NCBI GenBank assembly: GCA_963693365.1
Contig: CAVNZM010000001.1
Coordinates: 8,820,907-8,884,906, forward strand
Direction: 5' to 3'
Source of the DNA: Amoebidium appalachense
Lineage: Eukaryota; Protista; Ichthyosporea
Length of the DNA stretch: 64,000 bases
Shown: positions 1-64,000 of the stretch, in pieces
How positions within the stretch are numbered: the first letter of the stretch is position 1
How the letters are laid out: each line of letters begins with the position of its first letter
Made by a program: the position numbers and the translations under genes
The notes under the pieces: generated by a model
The model's database searches: none
What the model was told of the DNA's origin: nothing
What the model saw: only the letters and a program-made list of their open reading frames with translations

Positions 1-30
1 CCTCCACACACACACACACAGCACAAAAAA

Positions 31-125
31 AAGAAGAAGAAGAAGAAGAAGAAGAAGAAGAAGAAGAAGAAGAAGAAGAAGAAGAAGAAGAAGAAGAAGA
101 AGAAGAAGAAGAAGAAGAAGAAGAA
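31..125. repeat. (GAA)n microsatellite
   Basis: Direct reading. Confidence 0.95.
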
Positions 126-219
126 AAGGGTCGGGCAAATGATTGAAAAACAAAAGGCATGCCTACCAACCACCTTCTTTATAGATTTCGCACACACTCG
201 AACCCTGTTGATTTTGGAC

Positions 220-253
<34 letters not shown>

Positions 254-302
254 TCGCATAATTGGGCAAAAATGGCAAAGCGTCTAGCGGCTTTTCACAC
301 AC

Positions 303-45634
<45,332 letters not shown>

Positions 45635-46596
45635 TCTGAGAGGGGCTTAACAACCTAACGTGTTGTGTCTGTGTGAAACATGACAGTGGGGATGCAGCAG
45701 AATGGGTCTCCGTACAGTACTGTTATGGTTAGACAGCCAACATGTGATGTGTATGAATATGTAAAGACCATACGAGCATTACATAAACTGATGCACTTGA
45801 TGCTGCCTCGCGAGTGTCAAGTGTATACGTACTGAGTCTAAATAAGTTTGTCTGTCGAACTTGAGTCAGCTCGAGTGACTGGCACCAGCATGATGCCTCA
45901 TTAGCCAATCAAATATGGCTACTTACGTAAGTCTACACAGGATGACAGTCGTTCGAATTCCGAGAGCGAGAGCTGTCCTTCAAAGGTCGTCTTCCAGCGA
46001 GAAATGATTCAAGCAGCATCACGAAAGCGACTACGTTCCTCCCCTGTATTTGAAGCATTTCCAGAGTCTATATGATTGTACTGCGGCTGTAGGGCACACG
46101 GTGCTGTGCTTGGGTGGGCCTTTACGAGTGTTTACAACCAGGGTGCGAGTCGTCCCCTTCGTCCGGGTTCGTACCTGTACATGAGTCCCATCCTGAGAAG
46201 TGACCGGCCTTGGCTTGTAAATTTTTATTAATACCACAAACTTCATATATCAAATATGCCAAATTCATCTTCTCGGGGTTCTTATGTAAGAAAAAGACAG
46301 TCCCACATCTGGCCATGGCCATGTGCTAATCTGCACATCTGTTTAGGTGCTGGTAGGCGGACTTCGGATATCCTCATATCCACACTCAAAATCTGTCACC
46401 CTTCAGCCCTTTCCTGCGTACTATCCAAACTGTTTTCCCTCAAGCTGGCTTCGTTGCTTTTGCTTTGGCTTTTTCGTAACTTATAAACGCAATTGCTGGA
46501 CCCGGCCATGGCAAGCAGGATATGTGTTCCTTCCTGTGCGATGTGTGAGCGCTGTCTAGTAGGCATACTAATTGAGAGTTGTTTTTCTTTTTTTTC

Positions 46597-46643
<47 letters not shown>

Positions 46644-48356
46644 GTATAAGGCTAGCATACAAGATCTCCTTTTGCATAACCGTTTTGTGTCAGTTGCACA
46701 TCGGTCATACATAAGCTTATAAGATTCTGCATATTTGGTGGCACAAATTACTCTTCGACCTGTACGTCTCATTTGCATTGCACGGTTTGAAGCCGAGCAC
46801 CGCAGAACGACAGGACGAATGTTGTTGCATGTTCTACCAGCCGCGTACATGTATTACTGCACATGTGGTCTCTCCAATTGTGGCGAATTGCTAGAACCAT
46901 CGAGGGAAATCTGGTTTCTTTGAGGTTCTGGGTCTGGGAAATTGGCATGGGCCAGCGCCCGTCTAACGACCGGGTGTTTTTGGCTTTGAAGCAAGGTTGA
47001 ATATTTCTGTGTGTGCGGTGTAACTTGGTGTGTGCAAGGGTCAAATGTTCGCATGATATGATGTTGTTTATAGAATTGGAGTAGAAGCACACAGGCATAA
47101 CGCAAATTTGAAGTCGATTGCTGCCGCACGGTGACGCCTATATGCATGCAGCTTGTGGCTCGCGCCCAGCCCCCCCCCCCTCCCCCCTCCCCCCCCTCCC
47201 TCCCTCCCACCCCACCCCGCCATAGCCACCCCGCCCACCCCGCCACCCGATCACTGTGCATGTGAGCCGCGCGAATATATATATGTAGATTACCGTGTCA
47301 CGGTAGTAATATAATTAGACTCTTGAGGCTCCTAGCTCTTGACCTAATACATCGATGCCCCCCCCCCCCTCCCCCGCCCCCCCATCCTCCTCCTCCCCCG
47401 GGCCCCCTAGGCGCCGGCCTCCCCCCGGCCCTCCATCTCCCCCCTTCCCCCCCCCCCCCAAACCACCACCACCGTGCACATACACACACACACACCACCC
47501 CACCTCACCTCACCGAAAAAAAAAGAAAAAAAAAGGAAAAAGAAAAAGAAAAAAAAAAAAGAGTCTATGATGCATGATATCAAGTTTTTGATCAGTGACA
47601 AGTCTGTGCGTGTGTGGTGTGGCTGTGCTGGCTACAGCAGAAATCCACATATGCATAAGATGTGGATAGCCTCAAATTCAGCCTACCCCTGTATATGATA
47701 CTACTAAGTTTAAGTTTACGCATGTACGCCAAAAAAGGAAATTGCCCGTATATAATCATATTCATAACCAGCCAACCATCATTTATTTTTCCTTCCAGCT
47801 ATGGCAGGGATCTGACATCATATGCTGACCTCATGCCGACCTGCAGACAGCTGACCTAACAACGCGAGATGCTATAGTTTTCTAACCATCGTGTCCATTC
47901 ATATATATTTGCTGATCATGCGGCTTGTGGGTAATAGAAAGCAATCTATTTCACTCAGCGTAAACCCTTACATATCCATTCAGCAATAACCTTCCCTTTG
48001 CATAGACGTGGCCAGCACGTCTCAGGCTGCAACACATGATTGCATGTATACCTGTTCTGCACACTGTTACCCTTCTCATAAAAATAAATACTGAACCATT
48101 TCTGTAGATATACAATAAACCTCTGCACCATCATGAGCGTGACTTCATTTGAAGTATAAAAAAAAACTGGCTGCCTTGAGCTCACCCCCTAACCACGAGA
48201 TCTAAAAACATTTGCTCAGCCAAGCTCCCCCCCCTTTTCCTCCCTTTCCACACCCTCTCTCCACTGGCCCACCCATCCACTCACAACATGTGAACCCATT
48301 CACATTGACAAAGAATTGCCGGAAATACAAGCAACCCTAGGCCAGAATAGATCCCG

Positions 48357-48389
<33 letters not shown>

Positions 48390-48414
48390 CGAATCGGAGG
48401 GTCGGAGGGGTGGT

Positions 48415-48460
<46 letters not shown>

Positions 48461-48705
48461 TAAAGTGCTCTACCAACCCACAACCAGCAAGGCAACGTCT
48501 GAAAACCGATGACGCCCCTACATGCTCCCCAAAAAACACCTCACGAGATGGATTTAATAAAAACATCACTACCGCACAATCATCAATAACAATCTTCTCA
48601 ACATTGATACAATGATTTGCAGCTTGCAGCCCCTGGTGGGGGGAAAGAAAAAAAAAAAAAAGGGAAGGGGGGGGGGGGGGGGGGGGGGGGGGGGTTCTGG
48701 GACAC

Positions 48706-55506
<6,801 letters not shown>

Positions 55507-56244
55507 CTTGGTGTTCTCTCACGCAAAATCTTGACCAACAAAATCTTGAGGAAAAGAGGCAGGATAGGCCCTATCCTAAAACTTGTTGACGGTGTTCTCA
55601 GAAAAGCTATCAAGCCGCTAACTCGGTCTCACAGAGCTGAACTGACAAGCTGGAACTGACAATACTGACACCCAAGAAAAGCAAACACGAAATGAAAAGC
55701 ATGAAGGGTGCGTACCGCGTCATGAGGAAAGCAAGGTATGTAAGAATCTGGGTTTAGCGCAAAAGGATTGGCTAGTGGTTTTCTTATCGCTGAGCCATCT
55801 CCCGCCAAGACCCTGTAAAATGATTCGTAGAGAGTGTACCGTGCTTACGTAATACAGTGGTGCGCGGCGTTCCTGTTTCCTCCGAAATTTAGCCTGGCTT
55901 CAAAGTTTTGAAAAAACAAAAACATCAGTTCACCTGGTGGAAACAGGAAAACGCCGCCAAGATCCAATTATTTCACCGTATAAATTCCTACTTTTTCTTT
56001 TAGTTTATATCTACATTACGAACACGTGAATGAAAGTTTGTATAATATAATAAGAACAGCACTTTGGTGCATCGTGCAATCGTTGACACAGCCGTTTCGC
56101 TGCAAACCACTCGTACCGTTCCGTACAACGGTCACAACTTTCAGCCTCCTGCATAAACCTTTCAATCAATAAAGAAAGCAGACTGAGATCTAAAGCTAGA
56201 TATGATGCGAAAACTAAGGTCATGTCTATAGAAACACATTGAAA
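55507..56244. promoter_or_regulatory. Candidate bidirectional promoter between WDR76 and FAM91A1
   Basis: ~740 bp between divergent ATGs, free of microsatellites; contains ATTGG (~55767), an E2F-like TCCCGCCAA (~55800) and an inverted repeat 55864-55880/55939-55957. Confidence 0.65.
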
Positions 56245-56929
56245 ATGAGTGGTAGCGACCTCCAAGCGCAGCTTGAAAAGCTGATATCACAGAAATACCC
56301 ATACCAGAAGCTGCCGCAGCAATTAAAACAGAACGTGTCCCATGGAGACTGGGAGAAGCAAGTTTATAGGTATAGCGTGCGCAACCAGCTAAGATGGCGC
56401 TCAAACGTGGTCCGGATGGTGGTGCACGACGAGAAGAGGTACTACGAGGATCTGGTTAAGTTCAGTCTGGAGAACTTAATGGTGAGCATGCCCCCCGGTG
56501 CCGGTTCACAATCTTTACATATGCTATCCTCGGGCAGGGGGGGGAATGGGGGGGGTGGACAGAGATTGAGACAGACATAGACAGATAAAGAGAAAGTGGG
56601 GGTGGGGGGGCGGGGGGAGGAAGGGGGGGGGGGGGAGGCAGAGAGAGAGGACGACGTAAAGAAAGAGAGTGCGGGAGTGGGAGAGAGATAGAGAGGTCGG
56701 GGAGGAGGCTGAGTATGAGAAACAATAGAGCGAGCGAGACGGAGGGAGATGGATAGCAGAGAGGATGGAAGAGAGAATGGGGTTAAATCTTGGCAGAGAG
56801 GAAAAGGGAAGGTGGGGACGAGAGAGAGGGAGAGTAGGAGGGAGTGGGGCAGCTGTGACGGTGGGAGAGACCTGGGGAAAGGTGGAGGAGGAGGTAGGGA
56901 GAAAGAGATTCCGTGTATGTGTGAAGGGA

Positions 56930-56964
<35 letters not shown>

Positions 56965-57524
56965 TGTGTGTGGCACGCGCGCGTGTGTGTTTGTGTTTGT
57001 GTAGATTATGTATGCCTGTGTATATTTAGGAGAAAGGGCGAAGATGAGGAGAGGGAGAATGAGAGCGTGGAAGGGAGGGAGGGTTGGACCGGGGGAAAAT
57101 GGAGAGGTGGAGGGTGGGTGGTGCGTGGAAGGAGGGAGGGAGAGAAAAAGCGGGAGTAAGAGAGGGGGGGGGAGGGGGAAGAGAGAGGGAGATCAGAAGA
57201 GAAAGTGAGAAAAAGGGGGAAATGTGGCTGTTACCATTTCCATTATCATAGTTTCCTGGGCAAGGTACAGAAGGGAGGTTTATCTGTAATGTGTTTTATT
57301 ACCGAATCCCTTTTCCCTGACGTGTCTTGTCTCCCCCCCCCCCCCCCTTCCCATCCCCCCCCCCCCCCCCTCCCCCCTCCCCCCCTCCCCCCCTCCCCCC
57401 GCCGTTCCCCTTGCCCCGGAGGATGGGCTCTGCTTGTTATGCACACTCTTTTGTTTGCACTCTGCAATATGTATTCCATGATGAATAAGTAAAATATTTA
57501 TACTTTCTAACGCCTTCCCAATCG

Positions 57525-57559
<35 letters not shown>

Positions 57560-57834
57560 CCCTCCGTCCATTCTTATTCTCCCAAGTTCAACAAAAGACA
57601 TTTATCTTTAATTTTCCAGCCCCACCTCTGCATGAACTGTTCCCCTCACCGGTGGCTAATGCGGTCTTGCCCCATTCAGCTGTACCCCTACCACCTTTCC
57701 GATGTGTTGGTCAAAGGGTTGCGGATCACGCCGTTCCAGTTCTACCGGCAGATGCTGCACAACATTGTGCTTAAAGAAAAGAGCTATGACTCACTGCCTA
57801 ACTTTACGGCAGCAGACTGTAAGTGTGTGTGTAA

Positions 57835-57905
<71 letters not shown>

Positions 57906-59328
57906 TGCACCTGTACAAAGTGGTGCTTCTTCAAAGAAAACATCATTATTTACAGCCTTTCTTCACTACACATGCATGTGAACAAGTGTGCACCGGAAAA
58001 AACGTGCATGCATGGAGTGGCACGTACGACCTCGAAAGCACCAAAACTCAGCATGTGATGTTTCATGAGTGTATTCTACTGGATGCTTCATTAGTGTGTT
58101 CTAATAGATTTCATTAGTGTATTCGCTTGATATTTCATGAACGTATTTACTTGATTTTTCATGTGTATACACTTGATATTCATGAGTGTGTTCTACTAAT
58201 AGGCTGAGATAGGTCAATGGATCTGCAGCGAGACCACACCCGTCTACATTTGCAACAGCCTGGACAGCACATACATTACTTTATCTTATGCAGGAATGAC
58301 TCTTCAATACCTGCTGGTTGTGTACAATCGAAGGAGTTTTAAGGAGTGCAAGATGTGATATCGAGAACAGGCGGAGGGGAGGGGGGGGGGGGGGGATGGG
58401 GGGGGGGAGAGAGGGGGAGGGAGGGGAGGAGGGGGGATGAGGGAGGAAGGAGCTGTCAGAAAAGCCGAAAAAGGAGTGGGATGCCAATAGCCGAAAGGAG
58501 ATTGGAATGTGTGCTGACGTGGTCTACAGGTCTGCGTTTGCTTGGCATCGGCAGAAACCAGTTTATCGACATCATGAATTCTAGCAGAGCCACAGTACAT
58601 GAAACCCCCCCCCCCCCCCCCCCCCCGGTGTTTTTGTCCCCCCCTCACACCCCCCTTCCCCATGTTCGTCGCTAGTGTGTGTACTTCGTACTCTGTAAGG
58701 CATATGTAATGCATTCTTAACCCCCTCCCCACCCACCCCCACCTTTCCTGCATATACCACTCTCCACAGCTCTTTCCCCATATTCCCCCCCCCCCCCCCC
58801 CCCCCCCCCTCCCCCCTCTCGCCCCTCCCCCCTTCCACCACCACCAACACTACCACTGATTCGTTTACTACCCAACCATTTAACAATTTGCATCAAATGT
58901 CCGATCTGGTGTGCGCTTCCCTACGTTCCCAGCCTGCCTCTGCAACTCAGTCACACTTCTACCTTCTTTCTTTTTGTGGTCTCTTGCCAAGCCCAACGAA
59001 TGTGAATGTGCCTATCCTCTGCGTCATGTTTCCGAGCATAGTTTATATTAAGACGTCTTTTTTCTGCTTGCTTGATCCATATCTCCTTCTCCCCCCCCCC
59101 CCCCCCCCCCCGGCGCTTCTTCATCCCTCTGTAACATCTGCTCATCTTAACTCTGTCCCCTTTCCTCCCATTGGCCTTTTCGCTCCCCCCCCCCCCCCCC
59201 CCTCTCCTCCCTTCCCGGGGTCGCCCAGTCCTCTTGCCTTCCCCATGCCTGACCGCTAAAAAAACCCCCCTCCCCCCTCCCCCCTCCCCCCCCCTTCCCC
59301 TCGCTCCCCCCAAACACACATACAACAC

Positions 59329-59365
<37 letters not shown>

Positions 59366-59702
59366 TCAACCTGCAGGGGTTCTTCATGAAAGGATTCGGC
59401 AAGAAACGAGAGGCCTTGATCGACGACCTACTGCCCAAGCAGTCCATCGACATAAGCATTGAGCACTGGTGGTTCGTGCACGTGGGTTATGTCAGAGAGG
59501 ACGACATCAAGGTGTGTGTGTGGGGGGGGGGGGGGGGAAAGGGGGGGAGGGGGGGGGGTGTATTTGTGTGTGTGTGTGTCTGTGTGTGCTTGCGTGTGCT
59601 TGTGTGTTGAAATCTTGGTGGGAGTGGGGGAAAGGGTTTGGGGGGAGGGGGGGAGGGGGAGGGGAGGGGATAGGTGGGCCAGTAAGTGTGTGTGTGTATG
59701 GG

Positions 59703-59756
<54 letters not shown>

Positions 59757-59768
59757 GTGGGTGTGTGT

Positions 59769-59802
<34 letters not shown>

Positions 59803-59903
59803 ATGGATGTAGCTGTAGGTGTGTGTGTGCGTGTATCCATTAAACCACATCCCCTCCCAACCATTCCCCCCCCCCCCCCCCCCCCCCTCCCCCCACCAAT
59901 AAC

Positions 59904-59968
<65 letters not shown>

Positions 59969-61213
59969 GTGTGTGCTTGTTTGTGTTGTGTGTGTGCACG
60001 TGTTTGTGGTATGACGAACATGTGGATCGATGTCTAGAAAACTCTTGACCGACCCAGCTGTCCAATCGTACGAGCTTATTAATCATGCCATCTGGCTGCA
60101 GGCATGTACCGGTACCCCGTGCCAAACACCAGACGATCGATCAGCTATGCGGATCTTAGCTTTTTTATATATAAAGAAGAAAAAAAAGGGTTAGAAACAT
60201 GATTTAATCGGAACAACAATCCAATGGCACGAGCTTGTTAATTTGTTGTGGGTCCAGGCATGCACCCGTGCTCAGCACCAGACGATCGACCAGCTGATCG
60301 ACTATTTAGGCCAAATACTATTTAAACATCATTCCCAGCCTCGGTCGGAGGCTGGGTCTTTGAAGATAGAGAGGGGCATGGGGGGAGGAAGGACTGAGCG
60401 GTTTGCCGGCAATCAGCTAGCAAAATAGATGTTTGAGAACTCCAATCAGGTGCACCCATCTAACTGGATCTAGGAGAGCGGCGTTTCCTTTTGGACCTCT
60501 TGGCCAACTAAAAACCTTGGGAAAAAAGCAAAGCCTTACCGGGCTAAAGCTCCTGGTGATATGTGATTGAAAAAGGGATTATGTGATTGGTGCATTGTAC
60601 GTTAAATCACTTGTCGAAAATCGTAGATTGCTGATTGGCCATCAGGGCTTTAGTTACATTAAATCATTCAAAGCACTGGCGCATGGATCTATAGAACATG
60701 TGATCTTCTGCCAATCACCTATTCTACCGAGATCAGGAGCGATGTATTGCGCTTCGTGACGCCATTACACGAGATCGCGATCGATCGAAGATACAGTACC
60801 AGATGGTTCTAGCCGACCGAGGCTGGGCGATAGCGATATGGCATAGCCATTGAGCTCATTTATTAGACACATAACATAACAGTCGCAAGAGTCCAATGGA
60901 ACGAGCTGATTAAGTCATCTATGAATGCAGGCATGCACCCGTGCTGAGCACCAGACGATCGACCAGCTAATCGACTATGGGCCGGCGCTTGCGATCGAGC
61001 TCAATCGGGAGGTTGTGCACTCACTGTACAAGAAGGGCCTGCTGTATCTGCGCGTGCCTGTGACGGACACGGACTGCATATCAGGTGAGCACGATGGTTG
61101 TGATTTGTGTGGTGTGTTTTTTGTGTTTGTTTTTTTTTCCAACAAATTTATTATTGCTTTTTGTGGCTTTTCATATGCCATTGTCCTTATGGTTGCAAGC
61201 TTCTGATACTTAC

Positions 61214-61248
<35 letters not shown>

Positions 61249-62944
61249 ACACGATATCACACACACGCGCGCGTGCGCGGATGCACACGTGTACACACAC
61301 ACACACAAGTGCGCGCGCACACACACACACAGACACACACATACCGCGGGCGCGCGCGCTCGCACACACACACACACACACACACACCTTCCCCGGACAA
61401 TCAGTCAGGTTAGAATTGTATAAACGGTGTGTGGTGGTCCTTCTAGCACCTACCTATGTGCCACTATTTCCGAAGACTCGAACATTCACACATACACACA
61501 AACACACATTACCCCCCCCTCCCCCCCCCCCCCCCCCCCCCCCCGCCTCTCCTCCTTTCCTTAGGTGAACATGCACTTTGCAAAGGCAGACACAATGATA
61601 TGCGAATAAAAAATAAATTAAAACTCTTCTGTGTGGATTTATGAGGCCAGGCTGACAAACATATCTCAGTTTACTTTTTCTGCTCCTTGCTCTGTATAGC
61701 TCTCAGTTAACTATGCTATTGAATGGTTTTCTTTTTAAGCCGATTCATGGGTTCTTTCGGGTCAGGTCAGATTGCTGTTTGAAGCCCCTCACTCCAATCA
61801 TAAAGTGTAAATCTCTTTAAAAATTGTCGGGTCTGGACCCGGATTCGGAACCCTCTTTGACATTCTGATGTTTTTGCACGTTCCAAACGCAGTGCCGCCG
61901 CTGGAGGGGTTTGTGATGAACCGCATCACGGGGGACTACTTCGAGACCCTTCTATACAAGATATTTGTTGCTGTGGATGAACACACCACCATTGCAGAGC
62001 TGGCAAATGTGCTGCAAATATCACTGCCCCTGGTCAAGGTACGGAGGGGTTTTTCGTTCTGATTTTTGATTTTCAAGTCGAAATCTCTAGTTCGGATTTT
62101 TCAAGTCAAAATCTAGCCAGGGATATGCTTACGGTCATGATTTTTCTAATTCGGATTACCAAGTCGAAAGTTTGCTAGGGGTATCCTTATGGTGATGTTT
62201 GTTCTGATTCTGATTCTGGAGGGAATTTCCGATTCAAATTTTGCAAGTCGAGATTTAGTCGGGGATATGCTTACGGTGATGTTTGTTCTGATTCGGATTC
62301 TCAGCTCGAAAAGTGAAGTGTTGATACTGGTGTTTTGAAGTTATGTTTATAAGGTTAGACTTTGTGAAGAATTGCTGTGAAGAGGGGGGGGGGGGGGGGG
62401 GGGGGGACAAGGATGATATAGAGATATTTAACAATAATTCATAAATGTTTCCAATAAGAGAACGATAAAAAAAAGAAACAATGATAATATAATTATATTA
62501 AACAATAAATCAAAAGATCTCTAAACATGGCACAAAAAACATAAAAAACGTTAATAGCAGAGGGACAATAAACAATATATCATAGAGATCACATGATGTT
62601 TCCAATACAAGAACGATAAAATAAGGACTACTGATAATATAATAATAGTAAACAATAAAATAAAAGATTATCCAAACATTGCACGATAACATGAAAACGT
62701 CGACAGCAGAGGGACAATAAACAATATAACAATATATCATAGAGATCACACGCCCCATTTTCACACACCGTTTCTCACCGTAAGTCAGTGTTTCTAACAT
62801 CCCATTTACCATCTTTGTTTCACAGAATGCCGTTTCTGCCTACTGCCGGTTAGGATTTGCAAAGAAAATAGGCGCCGAGTCTATTCCTGAAGCTGCAAAG
62901 GTTCACCCTAGCTGGAGGTATACACGAAATCCCCCCCCCCCCCC

Positions 62945-62992
<48 letters not shown>

Positions 62993-63477
62993 AAACAAAA
63001 AAAAAAAAAAAAAAAAACCTTTCCTTCCTACCCACCCACCACCTCCACCCTAAATTCCACTACTATTACTACACCCCCCCCCCCCCCCCCCTTCTCCCTC
63101 CCCCCCCCTCCTCCCCCCCCCCCTCCCCTCTCCCGTCTCCCACACTTCCCACCTCCACCAAGTAAAAATATGAAAAGAACAAGGGGGGGGGGGGGGGGGG
63201 GGGAAGGAGTCATCTTCATACGTACGTTCACATGGTTTATCGCCTGGACGGTTGGGTGAATAGCTCCTCCTTGTTTGCTGCCATGTGCTTCATGAACACA
63301 ATCCGTCCCTTCGTCCCGCCATACTGCCACAAAGGCTGAAAAAGTCCGTCTTATCATATCGGAGAATTTAGGCTCATGTTGGATTAATCAGGATCTCTCC
63401 CCCTGTTCCCCCTCCTCCTCTCCCCCCCCTCCCCCCCTCTACCTAAAACACACACACACACACACGTGCGCGCGCGC

Positions 63478-63551
<74 letters not shown>

Positions 63552-63620
63552 CACACACAAAACACAGTTCCGTGTTGCCAGCTCTGGCTCTGGCTGGAGA
63601 CCAAATCGTTGCTGCAGCAG
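56245..63620 (+). CDS. FAM91A1: FAM91A1 homolog, first 8 exons, truncated by right window edge
   Basis: Exons 56245-56481, 57680-57818, 58530-58594, 59377-59511, 60931-61084, 61893-62038, 62826-62917, probably 63568-63620. Peptides [113 protein letters not shown] are diagnostic of FAM91 N-terminal domain. Confidence 0.94.
59898..59968. repeat. (AAT)n microsatellite
   Basis: Direct reading. Confidence 0.95.
60334..60827. mobile_element. MITE-like element with 15-bp terminal inverted repeats in FAM91A1 intron 4
   Basis: CCCAGCCTCGGTCGG (60334-60348) and CCGACCGAGGCTGGG (60813-60827); microsatellite-free interior with repeated CCAATCA/TGATTGG; no TSD recognised. Confidence 0.6.
62050..62310. 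repeat. Degenerate tandem repeats immediately after a FAM91A1 donor site
   Basis: Repeated ttcggatt...caagtcgaaa...gggatatgcttacggtgatg units. Confidence 0.75.
62420..62750. repeat. AT-rich degenerate direct repeats (~150-nt period)
   Basis: agaacgataaaa...tgataatata...aaacaataaa...aaagat...agcagagggacaataaacaatata...catagagatcac repeated. Confidence 0.75.
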
Positions 63621-63763
63621 GTGGGCATGCTCTGAGGCAACACTCCTGTGCCTTTACTATAGATTGCCTGCTACCCTTATTCCTCTCTCCTGTCCTTCAC
63701 CGTACTTACTTGACATGCACATGCACACACACGCGCGCGTGCACACACACACACACACATACA

Positions 63764-63804
<41 letters not shown>

Positions 63805-64000
63805 TCCCCCCCCTCCCTCTCTCCAGCCCTCCCTCCATCCCTCCCCTCCGCTTTCCCCCCTCTCTTCCCCCTCCCTCCCCCCTTTCCACCGCCTCCACCT
63901 CTCTCTTCCCCTGTCTCGTCTTTTCTTCTTAAAGGGCTTTCCCATGTGCTTCTCATGTGCGTGTGTGTGTGTGAAATGTGCTTTTGTGTGTGTGTGTGTG

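Overview
Eukaryotic, extremely intron-rich genomic DNA. Nearly every intron carries poly-G/poly-C tracts and (CA)n/(GT)n microsatellites, so almost all entries in the six-frame ORF track are low-complexity artefacts. By manually joining GT-AG exons in phase I recover three conserved genes. (1) A UBR5/EDD/hyd-like HECT E3 ligase on the minus strand (~58 exons, 45634 down to 303, last exon(s) beyond the left edge) that appears to lack the UBA, UBR-box and MLLE modules. (2) A complete 9-exon WDR76/CMR1 WD40 gene on the minus strand (55506-48706). (3) FAM91A1 on the plus strand (from 56245, truncated at the right edge), head-to-head with WDR76. The gene set and divergence suggest a non-metazoan holozoan, but that is inference only. 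The most unusual signal is a recurrent class of intronic 'exon-edge echoes': partial copies of a splice site plus adjacent exon codons, often differing from the live exon mainly at synonymous positions. Also notable are a hairpin element recurring ~30-40 nt upstream of 3' splice sites, a sense-oriented GTACTTCGTAC motif, a duplicated multi-stem structured element, and two MITE-like elements. All coordinates and counts are by eye.
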